A stretch of 64,000 nucleotides of DNA, from positions 94,929 to 158,928 of the forward strand of contig JAZJZK010000012.1 of assembly GCA_040389905.1 (NCBI GenBank). The letters are read 5' to 3'. The position numbers and the translations under genes were made by a program. The stretch comes from Gemmatimonadota bacterium. GTDB lineage: Bacteria > Gemmatimonadota > Gemmatimonadetes > Gemmatimonadales > Gemmatimonadaceae. The notes beneath the pieces were generated by a model. It had not been told where the DNA came from. It did not search any database and worked only from the letters and a program-made list of their open reading frames with translations. Of this stretch, positions 56,146 through 64,000 are shown piece after piece (position 1 is the stretch's first letter; each line of letters starts with the position of its first letter).

Positions 56146-59100
56146 TTACATCGCGTTCGTAATCGCGTACACCATGTCGCCAACGAACCGCTTGAACGAC
56201 TCGTTCTCTACGAACTCCTTGTACACCTGCGTGTCGTCCTTCAGCAGGTGTTGCATCACGCCCGCGAGCGCCTTGTCGTGCGCCAGCCGCGCCGTATGCG
56301 GAGTATTCGCTCTGGCGTTCTGATACCCCGCGTCCGCCGCCACCCTCGGCGCGATATCATCCCGAATACGCTGTGCGACGCGATCAGTGTCGGTGAAGAG
56401 CGTCCCGAACTGTTCGTTGAACGACCTCAGGATGTTGCTCAGCCGGTCCAGCTCCGGCTCCGGTTTGTGGCCGTGTGCATCCGTCGGCACGGGCTCGATC
56501 TCCGCATTCTCATCCAGCAAGGCAATGCGCAGCGCCTCTTTCTTCTCCACGCGGTAGCTGTCCATGTCGATCGCGTCGAGTATCCCCCTGGACAGATCCT
56601 CCTCCCTCGGCGCAGGCAACTTGCGTGTCAACTGCTCCAGGAAGATCGACAACTTCTCCCACTCCGCGTTGCTGTACGGGATGATCGAGGAGAGAAAGGC
56701 ATAGGTCCGACAGAAAACCTTCGCCTTTCCCTTGAACTCTACTTGCCCGTCCTCGTCGAGGCTGTTGTAGACCGGGACACACGCATCGAGGATCGGATCC
56801 AGCGCGTCACGCGGCGCCTCGGCAAGAAACAGCGCGACGAAATCGCGAACCTGCTCTGGCGTGTACACCTGCGCACCGTCCAACGCCGCCTTCAAGTCGT
56901 GCAACTTGTTCGGGTCGGTCTCCTCGGACAGCAGCGTCGTGCGATAGTAGTCCTGAAACGCGTAGGTGATCGCCTCACTGTTGTTCTGGAAGTCCAGTAC
57001 GAAGCAGTCGTATTTCTGCGGATGCGCGCGATTGAGCCGCGAGAGCGTCTGCACCGCCTTGATCCCCGACAGCGCCTTGTCCACGTACATCGTGTGCAGC
57101 AGTGGCTCGTCGTATCCCGTCTGGAACTTGTCCGCGCAGATCAGGAATCGATACGGGTCGGTCTGGATCCGCTCGGCAATCTTGTTGCTCGGAAACCCAT
57201 TGAGCGACGCTTCGGTCACCTTCGCGCCACCGTACTCGTACTCCCCTGAGAACGCGACGATCGCCTTCCAGGGACTCTTCCGCTCGGCGAGATACGCCGA
57301 GAAGCCGTGGAAGTACTGGATTGCGCGCTCGATGCCACTGGTGATGACCATGGCCCGCGCTTCGCCGCCGATCTTGCCCACGGCCATCACCTTCTCGTGA
57401 AAGTGATCGACCATGATCTCGGCCTTGAGACGAATGGCGTGATCGTGGCTCTCCACATATCGACGCAACTTCTTCTGCGCCTTCCTTGAATCGAACTCGG
57501 GGTCATCGTCGGTCTTCTTGATCAGCTTGTAGTAGCTCTCGACAGGCGTATACGCCCTGAGCACGTCGAGGATGAAGCCCTCCTCGATCGCCTGCTTCAT
57601 CGTGTAGCTGTGAAACGGCTGGTGCCGCACCTTCCCTTCGGCGTCCGCGGCGAGTGGCTCGCCGAACATCTCCAGAGTCTTGTTCTTCGGCGTGGCCGTG
57701 AAGGCGAAGTAGCTCGCGTTCGTGAGCATCTTTCGCGCGGCCATCCGCTTCGCGAGCGCCTCGTTGACGATGTCCTCTGGGTCGGGCCCTTCGTCATCGC
57801 CCGTAACTTCGTCACCAAGCGCCTCGCTCATGGCTGCTGAGGTCTTGCCGCCCTGGCTCGAGTGCGCTTCGTCAATGATGATGGCGAAGCGCTTCCCTGC
57901 CTCGGTCTCGATCTCCTTGATGATGTTGGGGAACTTCTGCACCGTCGAGACGATGATCTTCTTCCCTTGCTCGATGAACGCGCGAAGGTCGCCTGACTTC
58001 ACGGCATGCCCCACCGTCGCGTTCACCTGCATGAACTGCTTGATCGTCGTCTGGATCTGGTGATCGAGGATGCGACGGTCGGTGACGACGATGACCGAAT
58101 CGAAGACCTCTCCCGCATCAGCATCGCCGACCTTCTTCAGGCCAATGAGCTGGTGTGCCAACCACGCGATGGAGTTGGACTTGCCACTGCCCGCCGAGTG
58201 TTGGATGAGGTAGCGCTTGCCGGCGCCGTGGGTGCGTACGTCGGCGAGCGTCTGTTGGACGAGACTCAACTGATGGTAGCGTGGCCATACCTGCTTCCGC
58301 TTCTTCTTGCCGGTGCGCGGGTCCTTCTCTTCGACGATCTGTGCGTAGTTCTCGATGATGTCGGTGAGACCCCGAGGGGTGAGCACCTCCTTCCAGAGAT
58401 AGTCGGTCTTGAGCCCGTTCAGGTTGGGCGGGTTGCCCGCGCCGTCGTGATACCCCTTGTTGAAGGGAAGGAACCACGAGCTCTTTCCCGAGAGTTGGGT
58501 GCACATCTGCACTTCGCTGTCGTCCACCGCGAAGTGTACAGCGCAACGTCCGAACTCGAAGAGCCGTTCGCGCGGGTCGCGGTCCTTCTTGTATTGGGCG
58601 ATCGCGTCGGCGGTATTCTGCTTGGTGAGACTGTTCTTGAGCTCGAAGGTGGCGAGGGGGAGGCCGTTAATGAACACGCAGAGGTCCAGCGCGCGGCGCG
58701 TTTCATCCATGCTGTACGCGAGCTGCCGCGTCACCGAAAAGCGATTCTCGGCGTGCAGTGCCTCGGTCGTGGCGTTGCCCGCGGATGGCGTTCCGTAAAA
58801 CAGGACGAACTTGAGGGGACCGTGGTCGACGCCCTTCCGCAGGACGTCGATGACACCGCGCTTGCCGATCTCGTTCGAAAGGCGCGTGAGGAACTTGAGG
58901 CGGTTGATGTCCTTGGCGTCGTTCGGATTCGACATGGCGAGCTTGTCGAATGACACCGGTTGCGTGGCGCGCAGAAAGGCGAAGAGTTGTGCCGAGTCGA
59001 AGGCTTGTGCGCGGTCGAAGTCTCGTGGGCTGCCGGCGGTGTAGCCGGTGCCGCCGTACGTGGACGGCGGTTCAGCGACGCGGTTCGGCACCACGCCGAG

Positions 59101-59169
59101 ACCATCGGTGCCGGTCACGTGCCGCACGATGATGGTTTCGAGGCCCTTCTCGCTGGTGTCGGTCGTCAC
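56146..59169 (-). CDS. hsdR: type I restriction enzyme R subunit
   Basis: DLCVFINGLPLATFELKN nuclease motif, QHSAGSGKS, IIIDEAH, FTATPK, FQTGYDEP, QTLSRLNR. Confidence 0.96.
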   Translation of the reverse strand: MTTDTSEKGLETIIVRHVTGTDGLGVVPNRVAEPPSTYGGTGYTAGSPRDFDRAQAFDSAQLFAFLRATQPVSFDKLAMSNPNDAKDINRLKFLTRLSNEIGKRGVIDVLRKGVDHGPLKFVLFYGTPSAGNATTEALHAENRFSVTRQLAYSMDETRRALDLCVFINGLPLATFELKNSLTKQNTADAIAQYKKDRDPRERLFEFGRCAVHFAVDDSEVQMCTQLSGKSSWFLPFNKGYHDGAGNPPNLNGLKTDYLWKEVLTPRGLTDIIENYAQIVEEKDPRTGKKKRKQVWPRYHQLSLVQQTLADVRTHGAGKRYLIQHSAGSGKSNSIAWLAHQLIGLKKVGDADAGEVFDSVIVVTDRRILDHQIQTTIKQFMQVNATVGHAVKSGDLRAFIEQGKKIIVSTVQKFPNIIKEIETEAGKRFAIIIDEAHSSQGGKTSAAMSEALGDEVTGDDEGPDPEDIVNEALAKRMAARKMLTNASYFAFTATPKNKTLEMFGEPLAADAEGKVRHQPFHSYTMKQAIEEGFILDVLRAYTPVESYYKLIKKTDDDPEFDSRKAQKKLRRYVESHDHAIRLKAEIMVDHFHEKVMAVGKIGGEARAMVITSGIERAIQYFHGFSAYLAERKSPWKAIVAFSGEYEYGGAKVTEASLNGFPSNKIAERIQTDPYRFLICADKFQTGYDEPLLHTMYVDKALSGIKAVQTLSRLNRAHPQKYDCFVLDFQNNSEAITYAFQDYYRTTLLSEETDPNKLHDLKAALDGAQVYTPEQVRDFVALFLAEAPRDALDPILDACVPVYNSLDEDGQVEFKGKAKVFCRTYAFLSSIIPYSNAEWEKLSIFLEQLTRKLPAPREEDLSRGILDAIDMDSYRVEKKEALRIALLDENAEIEPVPTDAHGHKPEPELDRLSNILRSFNEQFGTLFTDTDRVAQRIRDDIAPRVAADAGYQNARANTPHTARLAHDKALAGVMQHLLKDDTQVYKEFVENESFKRFVGDMVYAITNAM

Positions 59170-59215
59170 GCGACCAGCCCGATGATGGTTCCGCGATGGC
59201 GAACTGTCGAACAGC

Positions 59216-59533
59216 TCACGCTGCGGTTGCGTGCAACTTCACGCCGAGCGCGCGCGCGACCCTGAGGACCGTTGCGAAGCTTGGATTTCCCTCGGCGCCA
59301 AGCGCCTTGTACAGACTCTCACGACTCATCCCCGCGTCGCGGGCGACCTGAGACATCCCCTTAGCACGCGCGATGTCACCCAGGGCGCGCGCAATACCTG
59401 CGGCATCCTCGGGCGCGTCGGCCAGCCAGGCGTCGAGATAGGCCGCCATCTCCTTCGGCGTGCGCAGGTGCGCCGCCACGTCGTAGGGCATGGTCGTGGT
59501 GCGAGTCGCCCTCTTTGGTGCGGTCTTTGGCAT
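59216..59533 (-). CDS. HI1420-like HTH addiction-module antitoxin
   Basis: YDVAAHLRT...ALGDIARAKGMSQVARDAGMSRESLYKAL..EGNPSFATVLRV.RALG. Confidence 0.92.
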   Translation of the reverse strand: MPKTAPKRATRTTTMPYDVAAHLRTPKEMAAYLDAWLADAPEDAAGIARALGDIARAKGMSQVARDAGMSRESLYKALGAEGNPSFATVLRVARALGVKLHATAA

Positions 59534-59573
59534 GGCGCGTCACTCCTCGTAGTTTCGTGCTTGCGTAGTCTAG

Positions 59574-59891
59574 CGGCCGTCCTGAAACTCGTTGTCATCC
59601 CGCATGAGCGAAGCGAATGTCGGGATCTACCGTCCGTGCGCCAGGAGCCTTTCCCTCTATCCGTACAGTAGATCCCGACACTCGCTGCGCTCGCGAGACT
59701 GTGTGAAAACTCCCTCCGCACGAGGAGCCACCGAAATTTTTCCTCCGTATTTCGATTCTGCCGCACTTTCGTGGTGGAGGGAATGGTTTTCTGTGGGTGT
59801 GTTTTGCTCGAAAATGGAGTTTTCACACAATCTCTCGTGCGGGATGACGTCCTTGGCGATACGCGCCAGGAATGCAGTTTCAGGACGGACA
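59574..59891. mobile_element. non-coding MITE-like insert (outer) containing an inverted REP-like pair
   Basis: Perfect 13-bp IR CCGTCCTGAAACT (59577-59589) / AGTTTCAGGACGG (59876-59888), flanked by CTAG and CCAG; internal inverted pair at 59594-59630 and 59668-59848 (interrupted). Confidence 0.6.
59695..59834. mobile_element. 140-bp MITE (inner), IS1182/IS5-like ends
   Basis: IRs GAGACTGTGTGAAAACTCC / GGAGTTTTCACACAATCTC (18/19); flanked by TCGC / TCGT (imperfect 4-bp duplication). Family assignment is tentative. Confidence 0.75.
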
Positions 59892-59995
59892 CCAGCCGAA
59901 TGGTCAACGCGCATCTGGATACGGGCGCGAGCACCGAGATCCTTCACACTGTTGATCCAGTCGCGGTAGGCCTCGGTCTCCTCGGTACGCATCAT
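59892..59995 (-). pseudogene. truncated HI1419-like (RelE/ParE-fold) toxin
   Basis: MRTEETEAYRDWINSVKDLGARARIQMRVD matches the family N-terminus; interrupted at the MITE edge; a possible C-terminal remnant QARNYEE* lies at about 59540-59563. Confidence 0.78.
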
Positions 59996-59997
59996 AT

Positions 59998-60027
59998 CTA
60001 GTGTATCCTACAGGATACACTAGTCAA
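59998..60027 (-). promoter_or_regulatory. TA-module promoter with perfect palindromic operator
   Basis: CTAGTGTATCCT-AC-AGGATACACTAG (59998-60023); minus strand TTGACT-N16-TACACT then AGAT-ATGATG. Confidence 0.8.
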
Positions 60028-60178
60028 GCGCACCGGTCATGGTTCTGCCGTGCTGCCAGAGCCGCATACGCCGCGGTCGTTCGGCGACGCGGTTGGGAAC
60101 GACGCCGAGACCATCGATGCCGGTCATGTGCCGCACGATGATGGGTTCGAGGCCTTTCTCGCTCGTGTCAGTGGTCAT
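60020..60178 (-). pseudogene. hsdR 5' remnant (first 33 codons) coupled to the hsdS stop
   Basis: MTTDTSEKGLEPIIVRHMTGIDGLGVVPNRVAE versus hsdR MTTDTSEKGLETIIVRHVTGTDGLGVVPNRVAE; 87/99 nt identical by manual count. Confidence 0.88.
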
Positions 60179-61590
60179 GCAACAGCTTCTTCGTCCGCCG
60201 TTTCGGGGTCGTCGAGAATGTCGGTGTCGTCGGACGGGCTGTCGAGAGGCGCTTCGTCGGGGAGGCGTGCGGCGGCTTCGCGGACGTCGAGCTTGCCCGT
60301 AACCACATCGGCGATCAAACGAGCTCGGTACTCGCGGAGTAGGCCCGTCTCGGTTTCGAGGCGAGACATTGTTGTGTTCAGCGCTTTTGTCTCCGTCTCA
60401 ATTCGGTCGATCAGGGTGGCCTGCTCAGCGAGCGGCGGTACCGCGACCGTGAATCGCTTCAGGCCCTCGCAGGTAATCGCGCCCTTCGTGCTGCCAGAAT
60501 CCTCGCTCATTGCCCGCAGTTCGCCGTAAGCGGCAGTAAGGCTCAGGTGAAGAAAATGCGGCAAAAGCAGGCTGGGGCGCGGCGTAACAAAGGCAATGTG
60601 CTGATTGATCGTTGCTTCCATGCCCAACAATGCCGAGGTTCCTCTTGTCTTACCTTGACCTGTAATGGCCACTAGCACGCTGCCTACTGGGACACGGGGA
60701 AGATGGCATTCGCGCAGTGCCTCCGCCGTTACAAACTGATCAGCGCTGTCGATAAACCCTCGATTTACTTGTGAGCTGTTCAGCCACGGGTACGTGCCGC
60801 CATTCCAATACGCAGGCCTCCCTCGCGATGGCGTTGAGCCATTTCCTATGCGCGCAGAGCGACCCAGTCGCCAAGTCTCCCAATTCGCTGGAATGTCTCC
60901 AAGCCAAGGGACGCCGGTCGGCTTGAGGATGAGGCTGGAATCGAGGCCTCGGGTAACCGCCCGGTGGATGATGGCCTGCTTCTGCTCACCCAGCAGGGCA
61001 ATCACCTTTCGCTTCGCGCGAATTGCTCCCTCCAACCGTCCGCTCGCCCAGTCCAAAAACTGCACGATCGCCGCCTGCTCTTCGACTGGGGGGATGGGAA
61101 TCGGAAGCATCCCGAATCGATCCGAATACAGGCGCAGGAACCCCGACTCTCCAGTACCCAGGCCGCGTGATTCAAGCCGAAAGACTGACATCATGCTTGT
61201 CGTCTTGAACAACGCAACCGCGTAGTGCGCGTTCAGCTTGGGAGAAGAGCGAAAGGTCGCGTAATCCGGGCTCACCAATCCGGATGACTTGGCCACAGCG
61301 AACAATCCGGCAGCTGCGCGCATGCGATTCATGACGATTTCGCCGGGCGACAGTCTCTTGTAACCGATCAACACAGCAGCGGGGATCAGCTTGCCTCCCA
61401 AAGCATGGTGATCGACGAGCCCCGCGCGCATGCGAAGCGAAAGCAGCGGTTCAGATCCTGTGCCGCTTCGGTGGTCTATCTCGTGCAGCATTGCCTTGAT
61501 GCGTCGGATGTCCCAATGCCGAGGTACTTGACCCAGCCACGGCACCCCGGAGTCCTTGTTTTGCGCATGCGACGCAAGGTCTGCAATCAC
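60175..61590 (-). CDS. hsdS: type I restriction-modification specificity subunit
   Basis: KDSGVPWLGQVP.HW and KPTGVPWLGDIP.NW repeats, PPVEEQ / PPLAEQ, LIADVVTGKLDVR; GTG 61590 overlaps the hsdM stop. Confidence 0.94.
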   Translation of the reverse strand: MIADLASHAQNKDSGVPWLGQVPRHWDIRRIKAMLHEIDHRSGTGSEPLLSLRMRAGLVDHHALGGKLIPAAVLIGYKRLSPGEIVMNRMRAAAGLFAVAKSSGLVSPDYATFRSSPKLNAHYAVALFKTTSMMSVFRLESRGLGTGESGFLRLYSDRFGMLPIPIPPVEEQAAIVQFLDWASGRLEGAIRAKRKVIALLGEQKQAIIHRAVTRGLDSSLILKPTGVPWLGDIPANWETWRLGRSARIGNGSTPSRGRPAYWNGGTYPWLNSSQVNRGFIDSADQFVTAEALRECHLPRVPVGSVLVAITGQGKTRGTSALLGMEATINQHIAFVTPRPSLLLPHFLHLSLTAAYGELRAMSEDSGSTKGAITCEGLKRFTVAVPPLAEQATLIDRIETETKALNTTMSRLETETGLLREYRARLIADVVTGKLDVREAAARLPDEAPLDSPSDDTDILDDPETADEEAVA

Positions 61591-63902
61591 GCGGTGGCTC
61601 CGACCCGAACTTTCAGTAGTCCTTCCAGCAAACCCTCCGCCTCCGCCTCGATCGCGAGGATATCCGCGCTGATCTCCTCCAGCGTTCGCAATGGCTGCGG
61701 CTTGTAGAAATGTCGTGTGAAGCTGATCTCGTATCCAATCCTCGTCGCGTCCCCCTTGATCCACGCGTCAGGCGTGTACGGCAATACTTCCCGCGTGATG
61801 AACGCTTCGATTCCACCGTCCTCGATCAACGGCACCTGCTCCGTATCGCGCAGATCGGAATCCGGCTCGTACTCCACGACGGCCGCTTTTCCATCGACGA
61901 CAGCCGCGAACAGACCGCGCAACGGATCAGCCTTGGTTTTTCCAGGCTTGTGCACCTTGGCAATCACCGGCGCCGCCGTCTCCACCCGCCAGGTCACTGC
62001 CTTGAGAATCACCTTGAGATCCGGGGCAGCTACCCTGCTCGGCGAACTCTCCAGAGCCGCATCCACACGCTCACGAAAGACGTTGTAATCCTCGTAGACC
62101 TCCTCACCCAACGACGCCCGCAGCAGCGAGGCTACCTCCACGAGACGAGCATCACGCTCCCACGTCCTCGGATCGAGCAGCTTCTTCCGCTTCTTCTCCG
62201 GAAGCCCCTTCTTGGCGCTCGCACCGTCCTCGTCGTCGTCGCCACTCTCTTCGTCTCGCCCCCATTCACCCAACCGCGCCTCCACCTGCGTCGCAACAGT
62301 GCCAAAGCCCGTAAAGAGCGCATCGCCGAGTTCATCGTAGAGAACAGAGCGGATGTCCTCGTCCCCAGACGCAAAGCGCAGCGACTCCACCGCCTTGCGT
62401 GTGAACTGGCTATGCAGCCGCAGCGGACGCTCCACCGTCACCTTCCAGTACCCGAACGCCGCATTGGGGAATATCTTCGACTCCGGCGTCTCCTTGAACT
62501 CCAGGAACGTACGGTTGATGCGCGCAATGTCCTCCGGCGAAAGCTCGCAGTTCTTCTTTCCGAGGTTCTTGCGTAGCGGCTTGAACCACTGCGTGGCGTC
62601 AATCAGTTGCACCTGCCCCTTGCGATGCGCCGGTTTCCGGTTGGATAGCACCCAGATGTACGTCGCAATGCCGGTGTTGTAGAACAGGTTGAGCGGCAGC
62701 GCGACGATCGCCTCCAGCCAGTCGTTCTCGATGAGCCACCGGCGGATGTTGCTCTCCCCTTGCCCCGCATCCCCGGTAAACAAAGATGACCCGTTGTGCA
62801 CCTCGGCAATCCGGCTGCCGAGCGCCGAGCGGTCGTTCATCTTCGACGCCATGTTGGCGAGGAAGAGCATCTGCCCATCGCTCGACCGCGTGACCAGCGA
62901 CAACTCCTCGCCGTTGTGCATGACGCGGAAGCGCTGGTCGCGCATGCCGTCCTTGCCGCCCATCGCTTCGAGGTCCTTCTTCCAGCTCTTCCCGTATGGC
63001 GGGTTGGCGAGCATGAAGTCGAACGACTGTGACGGAAAGGCGTCATGCGCCAGCGTCGACCACTCGGCGCCGCCCACGATGTGCTCCGCGCTCTCGCCCT
63101 CTCCCTTGAGGAGCATGTCCGCCTTGCAGACGGCGTACGTCTCCGGATTGATCTCCTGGCCGTACAGCAGGCTCTTCACCTGCTGCCCGCGCTTCGCGGC
63201 CATCGCCGTCAGCGTCTCCTCGGCAACGGTGAGCATGCCGCCCGTGCCGCAAGCGCAATCGTATAGAAGGTACGTGCCCGACTTGATCTCGCTCTCGATC
63301 GGAAGGAACACGAGATTCGCCATGAGCCGCACGGCGTCGCGCGGCGTCCAGTGCTCGCCCGCTTCCTCGTTGTTCTCCTCGTTGAACTTGCGCACCAGCT
63401 CCTCGAACACGGTGCCCATCGCGTGGTTGTCGATGCCCGCTGGCGTAAGGTCGATCTCCGGGTCGAGGAACTTCGCGATCAGCGTGCCGAGTGAGTCGGA
63501 GCGCGAGAGGGTGGTGAGCTGGTTCCGGAACTTGAAGTTCTCGAGGATATCCTGGACGTTCGGCGAGAATCCGTTGAGGTAGTCCTCGAAATCTGCGAGC
63601 AACTGCTGCTGGCTGCCGCGGGAGGTGAGGTCACGCAGGGTGAACTTTGAGGTGTTGTAGAACGCTTGGCCCGACGCGGCGCTGAGTGCCGCACGCTGCT
63701 CGGTGATACCGGCAGTGTCGAGCATGGCCTTTGTGTCGAGCACCTGACGCTTCGTCGGCTCCAGCACCGCATCCATGCGGCGGATCACACACATCGGGAG
63801 GATCACATCTGGATACTTCCCGCGCTTGAAGAGGTCTCGGAGGACGTCGTCGGCTATTCCCCAGATGAAGGAGACAATCTTGCTATGTGTCGCTTGGTCC
63901 AC
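61587..63902 (-). CDS. hsdM: type I restriction-modification N6-adenine methyltransferase
   Basis: FIWGIADDVLRD, AGEHWTPRD, YDCACGTGGML, YGQEIN, ANPPYG, FYNTGIATY, GYEISFTRHFY. Confidence 0.96.
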   Translation of the reverse strand: MDQATHSKIVSFIWGIADDVLRDLFKRGKYPDVILPMCVIRRMDAVLEPTKRQVLDTKAMLDTAGITEQRAALSAASGQAFYNTSKFTLRDLTSRGSQQQLLADFEDYLNGFSPNVQDILENFKFRNQLTTLSRSDSLGTLIAKFLDPEIDLTPAGIDNHAMGTVFEELVRKFNEENNEEAGEHWTPRDAVRLMANLVFLPIESEIKSGTYLLYDCACGTGGMLTVAEETLTAMAAKRGQQVKSLLYGQEINPETYAVCKADMLLKGEGESAEHIVGGAEWSTLAHDAFPSQSFDFMLANPPYGKSWKKDLEAMGGKDGMRDQRFRVMHNGEELSLVTRSSDGQMLFLANMASKMNDRSALGSRIAEVHNGSSLFTGDAGQGESNIRRWLIENDWLEAIVALPLNLFYNTGIATYIWVLSNRKPAHRKGQVQLIDATQWFKPLRKNLGKKNCELSPEDIARINRTFLEFKETPESKIFPNAAFGYWKVTVERPLRLHSQFTRKAVESLRFASGDEDIRSVLYDELGDALFTGFGTVATQVEARLGEWGRDEESGDDDEDGASAKKGLPEKKRKKLLDPRTWERDARLVEVASLLRASLGEEVYEDYNVFRERVDAALESSPSRVAAPDLKVILKAVTWRVETAAPVIAKVHKPGKTKADPLRGLFAAVVDGKAAVVEYEPDSDLRDTEQVPLIEDGGIEAFITREVLPYTPDAWIKGDATRIGYEISFTRHFYKPQPLRTLEEISADILAIEAEAEGLLEGLLKVRVGATA

Positions 63903-64000
63903 GCGGAGCTGGGCTGGATGGCTGGTACGGCAAGCACTTCCGATGGTAGAAGTTACAGAGAGGTGTCGGCGCTGAACACTCGCTGAACGCGATCTGGCAT

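Noticed and set aside
59657..59995. Intact 112-aa toxin ORF
   Set aside because: Only the first 33 or so residues are toxin-like; the rest reads through MITE/REP sequence.

Overview
GC-rich bacterial DNA whose gene content (SusC/SusD, many CarboxypepD_reg-like secreted proteins, BTAD-TolB-TPR regulator, Hanks kinase, PEP-CTERM, PadR plus duplicated orphan permease) suggests Gemmatimonadota or a related FCB-group lineage (inference). Three zones. (1) About 1-33.7 kb is a cell-envelope cluster: two FG-GAP/ASPIC-UnbV proteins, three TMTC-like membrane glycosyltransferase-TPR genes, a susC-susD-lipoprotein-DUF4397 operon, and four large secreted paralogues plus one lipoprotein that end in a TonB-receptor plug-like domain with no barrel. 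(2) About 33.7-48.9 kb holds mixed genes: PhnB/VOC, PadR-permease, Tat-exported hydrolase, TauE, GH27, BTAD regulator, PEP-CTERM, Ser/Thr kinase, DUF805. (3) About 49-64 kb is an accessory/defence-like island: a group II intron RT remnant, an uncharacterised two-gene operon (1186-aa protein plus a PT-TG / PD-(D/E)xK nuclease polymorphic-toxin-like protein with no visible immunity gene), an orphan IS21-type end, and a type I R-M operon. Its hsdS-hsdR junction carries a TA cassette bracketed by two hsdR 5' ends, and the toxin is destroyed by nested miniature elements. Best candidates for undescribed systems: the 49.8-54.6 kb operon and the TMTC/plug-only envelope cluster. No rRNA, tRNA or CRISPR array recognised. 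All family calls are from motif recognition by eye; no searches were run.
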